This document shows, in pieces, positions 47,960 through 58,126 of a stretch of DNA of 64,000 bases. A program made the translations under genes and the position numbers. The notes under the pieces are model-generated. The model ran no database searches. It had not been told where the DNA came from and worked only from the letters and a program-made list of their open reading frames with translations. The stretch comes from Spirochaetota bacterium (GTDB lineage: Bacteria; Spirochaetota; UBA4802; JAFGDQ01), in contig JAZDKB010000043.1 in the NCBI GenBank assembly GCA_043803405.1, forward strand, positions 38,829 through 102,828, given 5' to 3'. Position 1 is the stretch's first letter; the number at the start of each line of letters is the position of its first letter.

Positions 47960-48970
47960 CTATTTTAAATCATGCTCTTTGAAATAGTTTTCAAATATTT
48001 CGCTGTCCAGCTGTACCAGCCTGTTCTTAATTTCCGTAATGCTTTCATAATCATAATTCTGAAACCTGAAATAATCCAGCATCCAGATGTATTTATTCAT
48101 TATTCTCGGAATAATATTCGACTCTTTTACTTTTTCTCTGCTTAAAACATGAAGATTTTTTTCAAGAGTATAGATCTCGCGTTTAATTGCTTCAATCTGT
48201 TCACTGTTTATATTTCTTCTGGCATAAAAAATATCGTTGAGAAATCCGAATACGGGTATCCATTCCCGGATGTCGCCGGCGTCGGGCTTTTTTTCCTTCA
48301 CAATGGCAATGAGATCCTGAATTGGTTTTGATTTAAGCGGGGTTAAATCGACTTCAGAGGGATTAATAAAAAAGGCTTCCTTAAAAAACAGCAGGCTTCT
48401 GGTTATTTCATTGGAATTAAAATATGCCTCACCGAGCAGGGAATTTAGCCTTGCGCTGTTCCTGTTTGAACTTCTGGCATACTCGAGCGTTTCAATTGAT
48501 GTTTTATACTCTCCAAGGATTAAAAAGCACATGCCCAGGTTCAGCAGAAGATCAAAATTATCCGTTGTGCTTTCCTGTTCCTTAAAAGCGATTTTGTAGT
48601 GCTCGGATGCATTAAAGAAAATATGCTTCATTGCCGAAAGGTATGCTGTTGAATCGATCATGCTGTTGCCGGCGGCGTAAATCTTAAAGTCTTCCCATTC
48701 GCGCATTAAAAAATCCGCTGTCTGCTTGCCTCTTGAAAGCCCTGACAGTTCGCCGGTCCTGTTAGACCAGAATTTTGCGGTTCTGTACGCTTCTGTAAAT
48801 CCCGGATAATCAGGATTAATGTCCATAAGATTATCCAGTTGACGTATTGCATCTTTAAAACGTCCCTCTTCAATAAATTGATAAACTTCGTTGATACCGG
48901 TTAAAAGAGGATCATCCGAAAATGTAAGCTGGCCGTTATTCATGTTTATAATTCTATGCAAAGGCCCCAA
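47960..48970 (-). CDS. TPR-containing hypothetical protein
   Basis: LLNLGMCFLILGEY / LLGEAYF TPR-like repeats. Confidence 0.7.
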   Translation of the reverse strand: MGPLHRIINMNNGQLTFSDDPLLTGINEVYQFIEEGRFKDAIRQLDNLMDINPDYPGFTEAYRTAKFWSNRTGELSGLSRGKQTADFLMREWEDFKIYAAGNSMIDSTAYLSAMKHIFFNASEHYKIAFKEQESTTDNFDLLLNLGMCFLILGEYKTSIETLEYARSSNRNSARLNSLLGEAYFNSNEITRSLLFFKEAFFINPSEVDLTPLKSKPIQDLIAIVKEKKPDAGDIREWIPVFGFLNDIFYARRNINSEQIEAIKREIYTLEKNLHVLSREKVKESNIIPRIMNKYIWMLDYFRFQNYDYESITEIKNRLVQLDSEIFENYFKEHDLK

Positions 48971-51141
48971 TCTTTATATTTGCTGTCATGAGTAAATATT
49001 AAAACCTGTCTTTTTAAGGAAATATCATCAACTGTTTTTTTAAATCTGATAATTCTTTCTTCATCCATCTGCTGAAACGGCTCATCAATAATCATTGGAA
49101 GATTCATCTTGAAATCGCCTACGGTTTCCGTCAGAGCAAATTTAACGGAAAGGTATAATAAGTAAAGAATGGAATTGTTAATTTCTTCACCAGGCATTTC
49201 ATTTTTTAATAATTTACTAATAGCATTCTCATTAATTAAATCAGTATACTGATTATCGGTTATAAAATGAAATTTTTCCGCAGCTGTCCTGGCTAATCCT
49301 GCGATCTGTTTTTCTTCTCTTTTTGCTATGGCATCTTTAAGCAAATTATTAATATATCCGAAAGAAATTTTATAATTAGTAAGCTTTTGCAAAGCAGTTT
49401 GCAGCTTGGTTTGTTCTTCCCTGAGGCCGGTTAGCTCATTGTTCTGAACAATGCCGCGGCTTAATTCTTCGTCAATTTGCATTAATATTTTTTCGGTCCT
49501 TATAATGTTTTCTTTCAGTTTTGCTATATCATGGTTCCTGTTCAGTATTAAGATATTAGTCTTGTCCATATCCAAATCGCACTGTGAATTATCCGCAAAT
49601 GACTTGATGCAGTTGTCGATTTCCTGTTTTATTTCATTTTCATTCGTTTTTAACTTATCTATTTCATTATTAAATGCTTCTATATAATCATTCCCCTTTA
49701 AATTTTCCCTGATGTTTAAAAGTTCGGTTTGATTTATTGAGTATTCACCGTATTCTTCAAAATATTTAACCAGGTATTCGTAAATAGCTTCAAGCTTGTA
49801 TTCATTAAGGATGATGCTGTTTTTCTGTAAAGTTTCCTCCAGTTTTTTTTCCACCCCGGACTTTTTCTTCATTATACGCTTTAAATCGGAAGATCGCATT
49901 TTAAGAAAATAATATAAGAGCAGTAAAAGAGAGCTGAAAATTGAAAAAGCCAGCAAACCGACTATAAAATGGGCTTTATATTCGTCTAAAACTGCGATCG
50001 GGAATGCGTAGTTCGAAATCCCGAAAAGAGCTGCCAGAATCAGTATACATGAGATATTTATTGATAAAATAATATTTTTAAAATTATTCTTTTTTTCTGA
50101 CCTTAATAAATAAAAATTTTCAATTTCTTCATGTACGTCCCTTACTTCCCTGTAGCTTTCCTGGATTTTCTTTAAATTTTTAATGTTGCTTTCTTCGAAA
50201 TTGTAAAATTTAGGATATTTAATTTTAATATTCTCTTCGGTCTTTATAGCTAAATCTATCTTTTCCTGTTCAGCCTGTTTTTCTTTTATTTTGTTTTCAA
50301 TTGCGGTTTTTATTTCTTCCAATTGTTTTAAGTTATTATGAATGCTTATTAGTTTTGCTTTATTTGCGCGTGCGTCGGACAATCCATTTTCCATGTTTTT
50401 TAATTCATCTTCAAGTCTTGTTTTTTCTTTGTTCAGACGCTCCGACTTCGATGTATGGATGCCCGCGATTTGAATTTTCTTTTCAATTTTTTTTAATTCA
50501 TTTTCATTCTTCAAAATATGATTTATAAAAGCAGTGTCGCCCGGATTTTCGTTCCGGAATGCATTGGAAATATTTTTATGCAGAGAAAAGAATTTGCCTT
50601 TGTCATCCATCAAAAATTTTTGTAGAATTTTATAGTCCAGTCGTCCTTTTCTTGCAATATCAATGGGCTCGGGAAGGTAGCAAATATTTAAAAAAGTCTG
50701 CATGTCAATTTTACTGAAAAGCCAGGCAGTTTCAGTGTCGTTTTTAGCTTCCAATAATTTAATGAACCATTCTCCGTCAATATTTATGTTTTTTCTTTCT
50801 TTATCTGGTAATTGAAATAGTTGTTTTTCACTGCTGAAAGAATATTCCCCCTGATCCATATCTGCATAATTTATAATAAAGGATTCTTTTTTGTCTTTAA
50901 TGAATCTGTATTGATTGGAGGAATTGTTAAACAACAGCTCAAAATGCATATCATCCCATGCTTTTCCGTTAAGGGAAAATTGTCCGAAAAATTCCCCGAA
51001 AAGCGTGTCAATGATTGCCTTTGCAATTAAAGTTTTACCGGACTCATTTTTGCCGTATATAACAGTGATGCCTTTATCCAGCTTAAATTTTATATTATTC
51101 AGTAGCCCGGGTTTTGAAACTATGCATTCCAGTAATTGCAC
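48946..51141 (-). CDS. YhaN/SbcC-like coiled-coil AAA ATPase with internal TM segments
   Basis: Walker A YGKNESGKT, Walker B IIDEPF, FTH; coiled coils with two hydrophobic stretches. Confidence 0.8.
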   Translation of the reverse strand: MQLLECIVSKPGLLNNIKFKLDKGITVIYGKNESGKTLIAKAIIDTLFGEFFGQFSLNGKAWDDMHFELLFNNSSNQYRFIKDKKESFIINYADMDQGEYSFSSEKQLFQLPDKERKNINIDGEWFIKLLEAKNDTETAWLFSKIDMQTFLNICYLPEPIDIARKGRLDYKILQKFLMDDKGKFFSLHKNISNAFRNENPGDTAFINHILKNENELKKIEKKIQIAGIHTSKSERLNKEKTRLEDELKNMENGLSDARANKAKLISIHNNLKQLEEIKTAIENKIKEKQAEQEKIDLAIKTEENIKIKYPKFYNFEESNIKNLKKIQESYREVRDVHEEIENFYLLRSEKKNNFKNIILSINISCILILAALFGISNYAFPIAVLDEYKAHFIVGLLAFSIFSSLLLLLYYFLKMRSSDLKRIMKKKSGVEKKLEETLQKNSIILNEYKLEAIYEYLVKYFEEYGEYSINQTELLNIRENLKGNDYIEAFNNEIDKLKTNENEIKQEIDNCIKSFADNSQCDLDMDKTNILILNRNHDIAKLKENIIRTEKILMQIDEELSRGIVQNNELTGLREEQTKLQTALQKLTNYKISFGYINNLLKDAIAKREEKQIAGLARTAAEKFHFITDNQYTDLINENAISKLLKNEMPGEEINNSILYLLYLSVKFALTETVGDFKMNLPMIIDEPFQQMDEERIIRFKKTVDDISLKRQVLIFTHDSKYKDWGLCIEL

Positions 51142-52232
51142 AGATCCTCCAGTTTGTAGAATCCGGAATTGAGTACCTTGTTAAATATATCGGATAAAAT
51201 ATCCATGTCAATATTTGCCGGCAGTTCATTATTTTTTATTGCGGAATTCAGCATGCTGAAAAATTCCCCTCTGAGTGATTCCTCGCCTGCAAACTCGCTG
51301 ATAAAAACATTGATTGTGGGAATTGATGCGTCTTGAATATAAATATTTTTAAATGTTGCATATAATTTATTAATTTCGGAACGGTCGAATTTAAAGTTTC
51401 TTTTGCCGGTTAGCTTTAATTTAAGCGCCGAATCGCTTAAATTTTTTTCTTTTAAAATATCCGTAATAGGGCTTGTATCGCTCCACTGACTGCAATCGAT
51501 CTCAATGCTTTCTAATTTTGCACTATTTACAGTCAGCCTTTTAATCTGATAGATTTCATTATCCTTAATGCTGATAGAAATAGCGTATCTGTCGCCGTTT
51601 TCATTGAATGTAACTGCTTCCGGGCTCCCGGGATATGCACCGATGTATCTGCCGTTATATTTAAAGAGTTTAAAGTAATGATTGTGCCCAAGGGCGTAAA
51701 AGTCAAAATTTAGCGAAATTATATCTTCTTTATTTATTACGCTTATTTTATTTTCTCGTATTTCTTCTTTTTCATTTAAATTGAAATCAGCATGGAAAAG
51801 GCCTATATGAAAACCGGAATCCGAACTTTTTTTTATTTCGGGAATACTGCGTTTGCTGCAGGCGGGAAGCCCGTAAATATAGATATCCTGATTATCGCGG
51901 GAAAGATGATAAGGCGAAAAATCCCCATCATCTGAAAATAATTTTGAAACATTCAGTTTTTGCAGTAAAGACGCATTATTTCCATTTAGTTCGCAATCTC
52001 CAAGCGTATAAACTATTTCAATTCCGGTATCACGAAGATTTTTAAATTCACTTGCAACAAAATCTATCGATTTTTCATTTATTCCATTGGTGTGAAAAAG
52101 ATCGCCTGCAATTATGAATATGTCATGGGATTTTGCCAGATAGGATAATTTCTTAAAAGTTTTTAACCTGAAACTTTCGGGTATTTCTTCCGAACCTAGA
52201 TGTATATCCGATGTTAAGAGAATTTTTACCAT
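51120..52232 (-). CDS. YhaO/SbcD-like metallophosphoesterase
   Basis: TSDIHLG, AGDLF, FH, ALGHNH, YPGSPE. Confidence 0.85.
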   Translation of the reverse strand: MVKILLTSDIHLGSEEIPESFRLKTFKKLSYLAKSHDIFIIAGDLFHTNGINEKSIDFVASEFKNLRDTGIEIVYTLGDCELNGNNASLLQKLNVSKLFSDDGDFSPYHLSRDNQDIYIYGLPACSKRSIPEIKKSSDSGFHIGLFHADFNLNEKEEIRENKISVINKEDIISLNFDFYALGHNHYFKLFKYNGRYIGAYPGSPEAVTFNENGDRYAISISIKDNEIYQIKRLTVNSAKLESIEIDCSQWSDTSPITDILKEKNLSDSALKLKLTGKRNFKFDRSEINKLYATFKNIYIQDASIPTINVFISEFAGEESLRGEFFSMLNSAIKNNELPANIDMDILSDIFNKVLNSGFYKLEDLCNYWNA

Positions 52233-52634
52233 TGCATAAACCCGGACTATTATATTATCTGCTGAAACAGGCGCTAAAAGTGCTCTTGTTTAAAGGTTGT
52301 GTATTGCGCTATTTTACTTTACAGGCTATGATTAATTTATCGATATGTGCGCTGAATTTAATTAGTTCTCAATGAATAATTGTGCCTTCCCTCTTGATAT
52401 AAAGATGAAAACCCGCACACAGGTTATCTTTTAGATGAGTTTCAATTAAAAACAATAAGAATAATTAATTATTTTGTTATTTACAAAAAGCAAAATGTTT
52501 ATAATTATATAACAAAATTTTACTTAATTTACCTCAATTGTTGAATCATTTCAACTGAAGAACAAATTTTTTCTTTGACCGGAATAACAGGTCTGTAACA
52601 AGTTTAAACCAATCAATTTTTTGTTGAGAATAAA

Positions 52635-53660
52635 ATGGATGATTCAGATATAATAAAAAAAGAACGGAGAAAGCGGATACTAAAACTTGCCGCACGTCTT
52701 TCAGTTTTCCTGCTGATAGGATTGTCGGTATATCTGTTCATTTCTTCAATTATACTTATTTTTCAGACAAAGCCTGATAAAGAAGTAATTGTTCCATACG
52801 TTACAGGGAAACGTTTTGCAGATGTTCATAACAGCTTAGTGCATAAAGGGCTTATACCTGAAATAAAACATTATGACGTTTACGACCTGGATAACGGTAT
52901 TATATTAAATCAATATCCGGAAAACGGGAAAATAGTATATGAGGGACAGAAAATAAAACTTGTTGTAAGCAGAAGCAGTGTATATTTGCCAGTGCCTAAC
53001 TTGGTCGGAGCAAAACTGCCTTTTGCAGTAAACAAACTGAAAAATATTCATGTTAACGACAGGTCTTATTCTGTGGGAACAGGCGTAATTTCCTATGTCC
53101 CGTCCGATAAAATTGCAGAAAGCATTGTTATGGATCAAAGCCCGGAAGCGGGCGCGGAGATTTCACCGGACAGGAAAGTCAATCTGCTTGTTTCTGCGGG
53201 CAAAACCGGAACGGATATGAAGATGCCGCAGTTGGTCGGCCAGTCTATTGATTTATGCTTAGATCTTTTAATTTCCAAGGGACTTTCGGTAACTGAAGAA
53301 GTAATCGCAACCGACCAGCCTTCTAAAAGCGGCGTCATAGAATCTCAGATGCCAAGACCCGGTGAACCAGTAGAGAAAGGAATGCCGGTAAAATTAGCTG
53401 TAAGTTATTTTCATCAGAAAGAAAAGACATATATATCCTATGAAAGAATCACTTACCAGATACCTAATAATGAAAAAGAAGGTATATTTGAAGCTTATGT
53501 TGAAGATGCTTTATCAAAAAGAATGGTGTTTTCCAGAAAAATGAAACCCGGGTGGAAAATAGATTTTATTTTTAAACGAAAAGGGGAAGCTAAAATAAGT
53601 ATAACTAAAGACGGCAGCGTAATTGAAACAATAAATATTGAACCAGATGATTTTAATTAA
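52635..53660 (+). CDS. PASTA domain-containing membrane protein
   Basis: TM then three PASTA repeats (VPYVTG..QYP, VPNLVG..QSP, MPQLVG..QMP). Confidence 0.88.
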   Translation: MDDSDIIKKERRKRILKLAARLSVFLLIGLSVYLFISSIILIFQTKPDKEVIVPYVTGKRFADVHNSLVHKGLIPEIKHYDVYDLDNGIILNQYPENGKIVYEGQKIKLVVSRSSVYLPVPNLVGAKLPFAVNKLKNIHVNDRSYSVGTGVISYVPSDKIAESIVMDQSPEAGAEISPDRKVNLLVSAGKTGTDMKMPQLVGQSIDLCLDLLISKGLSVTEEVIATDQPSKSGVIESQMPRPGEPVEKGMPVKLAVSYFHQKEKTYISYERITYQIPNNEKEGIFEAYVEDALSKRMVFSRKMKPGWKIDFIFKRKGEAKISITKDGSVIETINIEPDDFN

Positions 53661-53736
53661 TATTTTTATTTATTATTGACAAAAATGAGGCTTGAGAAAC
53701 AATCAACCCTTTGATGATAATTTGGAGGTATATAAG

Positions 53737-54027
53737 GTGTCGGTAAAAATACGGTTACAAAGAATAGGAACAAAAAAGAAACCATTTTACAGAGTGGCGG
53801 CTGTTGACAGCAAGAAAAAGAGAGACGGAGAGGTAATTGAATATCTTGGTCAATATCATCCAATCTCAAAAACAGAGCAATTTACTGTTGATGAGAATCG
53901 TGTAATTAACTGGCTTAAGATCGGCGCAGTGCCGACTGGAACGATCGAGAAACTGCTGAAAAAAGCAGGTATCTGGAAAAAATTTAAAGATGGTAATGTT
54001 TCTGCCGGAGGTACAAATGGACTTTAA
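53737..54027 (+). CDS. rpsP: 30S ribosomal protein S16
   Basis: GGAGG RBS, GTG start, VKIRLQRIGTKKKPFYRV. Confidence 0.96.
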   Translation: MSVKIRLQRIGTKKKPFYRVAAVDSKKKRDGEVIEYLGQYHPISKTEQFTVDENRVINWLKIGAVPTGTIEKLLKKAGIWKKFKDGNVSAGGTNGL

Positions 54028-54253
54028 AGAGCTTGTGGAGTATATGGTAAAATGCCTTGTGGATAGTCCTGGTGATGTTGAAATTCACGAAGTTGAGGGA
54101 GAAAAATCTACAATCCTTGAACTTAAAGTCAAAAAGGAAGATATCGGTAAAGTAATAGGGAAACATGGAAGAATTGCCAGAGCTATTAGAACAATCCTTA
54201 ATGCCTCCGCTACAAAATTAGGAAAGAAGGTAGTACTGGAAATACTTGATTGA
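54017..54253 (+). CDS. khpA: KH domain RNA-binding protein KhpA
   Basis: DIGKVIGKHGRIARAIRT; lies between rpsP and rimM. Confidence 0.92.
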   Translation: MDFKELVEYMVKCLVDSPGDVEIHEVEGEKSTILELKVKKEDIGKVIGKHGRIARAIRTILNASATKLGKKVVLEILD

Positions 54254-54786
54254 GCGGATCGGACCAATTCTTAAGAATCGCCAGAATTACCGGAGTTCAT
54301 GGATTAAACGGGCGCTTAAAATTGGAAGTAGTAACGGATTTTATAGAACGTTTTTCACCTGGAAGCAAGTTGTATATAAAGATGGGGGATCATTACCAGC
54401 CTTTTTTATGCGCTGAATTTACAGGAATAAGTAAAACTCCTCTTTTAAAGTTAGAAAATATAAACGATAGAGATGTTGCGCTGTCTTTTAAGGGGAAAGA
54501 ACTATATACAACAATAAGTGAAGCGGAAAAAACAAGGCATCAACTGGGGGATGATGAATTTTATTTTTATGATTTAATAGGGTGCATTGTTTACATGGAA
54601 AATAAGATCTTCGGTAAAGTTGTTGATATAATGGAAATCGGAGAGAACAGTATTTTGGTTTTAAACGATAAGAAAGGAAAAGAATTCCTGATGCCGTTTA
54701 ATGATTCCATGGTAGATACCGGTAATATTTCAAAAAGCAGAATTGACATAAAACCTATTGATGGATTATTTGAATTGGAAGAATAA
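54250..54786 (+). CDS. rimM: Ribosome maturation factor RimM
   Basis: HGLNGRLK, DEFYFYDLIG. Confidence 0.93.
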   Translation: MSGSDQFLRIARITGVHGLNGRLKLEVVTDFIERFSPGSKLYIKMGDHYQPFLCAEFTGISKTPLLKLENINDRDVALSFKGKELYTTISEAEKTRHQLGDDEFYFYDLIGCIVYMENKIFGKVVDIMEIGENSILVLNDKKGKEFLMPFNDSMVDTGNISKSRIDIKPIDGLFELEE

Positions 54787-54972
54787 CATCACTTTCGTTT
54801 CTGCAAATGGACTGCTGAGAAAGTTAATATAGCTGGGAAGCAAAGAAGATGAAAGTGAGCATAATAGATAAACGCTCATCGAAATGATAAAGACGGATAT
54901 TTTTTAAAACATTGCAGGCAATCTCCGATAAATGACGATAGAAGGATGCAAACAAAGGATAATAAATATTAA

Positions 54973-55662
54973 TTGAAATTATTTAAAATAATAACTCTTT
55001 TCCCGGATTTTTTTTGCAGCCCTTTAAAGTCCAGCCTGTTAGGAAGAGCTATTGACAATCAGATAATTAAAGTTAATATTATTGATCTGAAGTATTTTTC
55101 AACTGATAAGTTCCATCGCTGCGATGATGCCCCTTATGGTGGCGGCAGCGGTATGGTTCTTCAGGCGGGCCCTTTGTTCAGGGCAATAGAGTCTGTGAAA
55201 GACACGCGGACGAAGGTTGTGTTTACATCGCCCGGAGGAATGCTGCTGAATCAGGAACTGGTAAAACAGCTGTCCATTGAAGAAGATCTATGTATTATTT
55301 GCGGACATTATGAAGGGCTGGATCAAAGGGTTATCGATAAATACGTCGACTATGAGATTTCCATAGGCGATTATATTATATCCGGAGGCGAGTATGCTGC
55401 TCTGGTAATAGTGGATTCGATTGCAAGGTATGTGCCGGGATTTATGTCTAACCCGGATTCATTAGTGGAAGAAAGTTTTCAAAATCATCTGCTTGAGTAT
55501 CCCCAGTACACAAGACCTTCGGAAATTGAAGGTTTGGAAGTTCCTGTAGTTCTTTTAAGCGGGGATCATAAAAAAATTCGGGATTGGCGCCTGGAGAAAG
55601 CAGCTGAAAAAACAAAAAAAGTCAGACCGGACTTATATAAAAAATATTCAGACAATAAATAA
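54973..55662 (+). CDS. trmD: tRNA (guanine37-N1)-methyltransferase TrmD
   Basis: [42 protein letters not shown]. Confidence 0.97.
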   Translation: MKLFKIITLFPDFFCSPLKSSLLGRAIDNQIIKVNIIDLKYFSTDKFHRCDDAPYGGGSGMVLQAGPLFRAIESVKDTRTKVVFTSPGGMLLNQELVKQLSIEEDLCIICGHYEGLDQRVIDKYVDYEISIGDYIISGGEYAALVIVDSIARYVPGFMSNPDSLVEESFQNHLLEYPQYTRPSEIEGLEVPVVLLSGDHKKIRDWRLEKAAEKTKKVRPDLYKKYSDNK

Positions 55663-55688
55663 AAAATAAAATAGAGGAGCAACAAATT

Positions 55689-56111
55689 ATGGATATCATT
55701 AAGACAATAGAAAAGGAAATTATCCCTGTACCAAAAACAATAAATTTTCAGGTCGGTGATACTGTTAAAGTTCATTATAAAATTATTGAGGGAAACAGAG
55801 AGAGGATACAGGTTTACGAAGGTGTTGTAATTGCAATGAACAACAAAGGTATCAGCAAAACATTCACCGTTAGAAAAGTTTCTTTTGATGTGGGTGTTGA
55901 ACGCGTTTTTCCATTGTTCTCACCCAGAATAGCAAAAATTGATGTTCTAAGAAAAGGCAAAGCAAGACGTGCGAAGCTGTACTTCCTGAGAGAGAGAACC
56001 GGTAAAGCCAGCAAATTAAAAGAAAAGAGACCAGGCTTTGCTCCGGTTCAGCACAAAACCGAGGAGACCGCAGCGCCTGTAGAAAATGATTCCCAGAAAC
56101 CGAGTGAGTAA
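55689..56111 (+). CDS. rplS: 50S ribosomal protein L19
   Basis: [33 protein letters not shown]. Confidence 0.98.
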   Translation: MDIIKTIEKEIIPVPKTINFQVGDTVKVHYKIIEGNRERIQVYEGVVIAMNNKGISKTFTVRKVSFDVGVERVFPLFSPRIAKIDVLRKGKARRAKLYFLRERTGKASKLKEKRPGFAPVQHKTEETAAPVENDSQKPSE

Positions 56112-56113
56112 AA

Positions 56114-56764
56114 TTGCCGGAAGCTGACAGCAAAATATCTTTTTTTATAGAAAAACAGTTATTAAGCAAAAAATATAATATAATTGCAGGAGTGGACGAG
56201 GCCGGAAGAGGCGCCCTTGCCGGGCCACTGGTAGTTGGCCTCGTCATTTATGCTAAATCTGTAATTCAAAATTCCCCTGAAGAACTCATTACTCAAATAC
56301 GCGATTCAAAGCAACTTACACCCCGAAAAAGAACCGAAGCTTTAGATATTATTAAAAGAATGTCGGCTTATGTGGCTACTTCCGTTATTTCGCATCGAAT
56401 AATAGATCAATTAAATGTTAACAGGGCAACCGAATATGCTGTTAAGCAGCTTATTGGAAAGGCCAGGCTTAAACCCGATGTAATTATTATGGACGGAAAT
56501 TTCAATTTCAACGTCGGTATCCCTTTTATTCCGGTTATTAAAGGTGATTCAAAATCCATTTCCATAGCTTCCGGATCTATTGCTGCTAAAATAAAAAGGG
56601 ATAGTATAATGGAAAAATACGATTCAATATTCTCAGGTTATTTGCTCAAAAAGAATAAAGGATATGGAACGCTTGAGCATCTTGAAGCTATTTCGATGCT
56701 GGGGCCTTGTATTATTCACAGAAAAACTTATGAGCCGGTAAAAGGTATGATGATAAATTTATAA
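56114..56764 (+). CDS. rnhB: Ribonuclease HII
   Basis: GVDEAGRGALAGP, DSK, KGD, SIAAK, KGYGT. Confidence 0.96.
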   Translation: MPEADSKISFFIEKQLLSKKYNIIAGVDEAGRGALAGPLVVGLVIYAKSVIQNSPEELITQIRDSKQLTPRKRTEALDIIKRMSAYVATSVISHRIIDQLNVNRATEYAVKQLIGKARLKPDVIIMDGNFNFNVGIPFIPVIKGDSKSISIASGSIAAKIKRDSIMEKYDSIFSGYLLKKNKGYGTLEHLEAISMLGPCIIHRKTYEPVKGMMINL

Positions 56765-56775
56765 AACGGTTTTTA

Positions 56776-57831
56776 ATGAAAATTGAAACAAATCAGATTA
56801 AAATAACCGGTCAATTATCATCGCTCGATGTATTGAAAAATTTAAAACCCGGGAGTCGCGTGCCTGTAACAATTACCGAAAGGCTGGGACAGAGATATGC
56901 TGTTCTTGATATCGGCGGAAGCAAGGTAAAGGCGCAATTCCTTCAGGGCGTTCCAAACTTTTCTAAATTATTCCTTGTTCTGGAAAGCAAAGCAGGCGGT
57001 ATTTTATTATTTAAAATTGCCGACAACTCACAGCATAAAGATGAATTGATGGAGAGATTGAGCGAATCGACCGTATTTAACAGGGGCAATTTCGGGAAAT
57101 CGATATATAATTTACGTTCTCAATTAAGAGAAAGCATCGGCAGTATTTTTGCACTTAATAAATCTTTGTTAAAATTTACCGGTTACACTGACAAAGACAA
57201 TAAAAATGAAAGATTAAAAAATATTTTTAATAAACTTTTGACAAAAGGCGCGGATTATAAAAATTTACTTTTGATTGCCGAACTTCTGGCTAATCAAAAT
57301 AACAGTATTACGCAACTAGTTAATTATATTTTTCCTCAGATCAGCCTGGATCATCAACAGATATCCGATAAAGATAAACTTAAGCATATAATTAAATATT
57401 TTGGTGATTTGATCGATGAATCATTTACAGAAGATGAAAAAGCAGATGCGATCCGGGATATATTAGGAACAATGACAGATGCATCGGAGAAAGGAGAAAC
57501 ACAATTTGGCGAGGTACTATTTTTCGACGATAATAAATTTAAATTGTGCAGATACATTTTATACAATAATAATATCGTTATGTCCTTGAATTTATCTTAT
57601 CTTGGGTATATAGATATATTAATTAGGCAGGATAAATCGTTCCGTTCAGTTGCTTTTTACTGCGAAAATGAAGAAAGCACAAGCGCGTTAAAAGGCGAAA
57701 TAGCTGCATTACCTTTATATTACGAAAAGGATATTCGAATCATTTTTTGCAACAATACGGAATCTATTAAAAAAATTATTGAAATTATTTCTGATATAGA
57801 TTTAGAATATCAATTGGATGTTAAAGCATAA
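56776..57831 (+). CDS. Hypothetical protein (possibly FliK C-terminal-like)
   Basis: 351-aa ORF upstream of the FlhB-like gene; 'LNLSYLGYIDI' is reminiscent of FliK-C. Confidence 0.55.
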   Translation: MKIETNQIKITGQLSSLDVLKNLKPGSRVPVTITERLGQRYAVLDIGGSKVKAQFLQGVPNFSKLFLVLESKAGGILLFKIADNSQHKDELMERLSESTVFNRGNFGKSIYNLRSQLRESIGSIFALNKSLLKFTGYTDKDNKNERLKNIFNKLLTKGADYKNLLLIAELLANQNNSITQLVNYIFPQISLDHQQISDKDKLKHIIKYFGDLIDESFTEDEKADAIRDILGTMTDASEKGETQFGEVLFFDDNKFKLCRYILYNNNIVMSLNLSYLGYIDILIRQDKSFRSVAFYCENEESTSALKGEIAALPLYYEKDIRIIFCNNTESIKKIIEIISDIDLEYQLDVKA

Positions 57832-58117
57832 CAATAAAAAGAAATTGGGAATTGCGATCGGATATTCTTCAAATAAACCGGCGCCGGAGATTCTGGCGGT
57901 TGCCAGAGGTTTTCTTGTTGACAGATTAATTCAGATCGCAAATGACAATAACATAACAATTTACAAAGATTCAGATCTTGCAGAAATCCTTTCTTTTATG
58001 AAACCAGGAGACCAAATCCCGGAGACTCTCTTTCGAATAATGTCGGAAATACTGGCATATTGTTACAAGGTTAATGAAAAATTCAGGGAAAAGATGGTGA
58101 AAGGCGGACTTTATTAG
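57818..58117 (+). CDS. FlhB C-terminal-like (EscU/YscU family) protein
   Basis: APEILAVARG, A..NNITIYKD.DLA, QIPE.LF..EIL. Confidence 0.88.
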   Translation: MLKHNNKKKLGIAIGYSSNKPAPEILAVARGFLVDRLIQIANDNNITIYKDSDLAEILSFMKPGDQIPETLFRIMSEILAYCYKVNEKFREKMVKGGLY

Positions 58118-58126
58118 GTAAAATTC

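Noticed and set aside
52385..52440. Hairpin in the divergent sbcD-like/PASTA spacer as an ncRNA
   Set aside because: A single AT-rich stem with no recognisable family motif.
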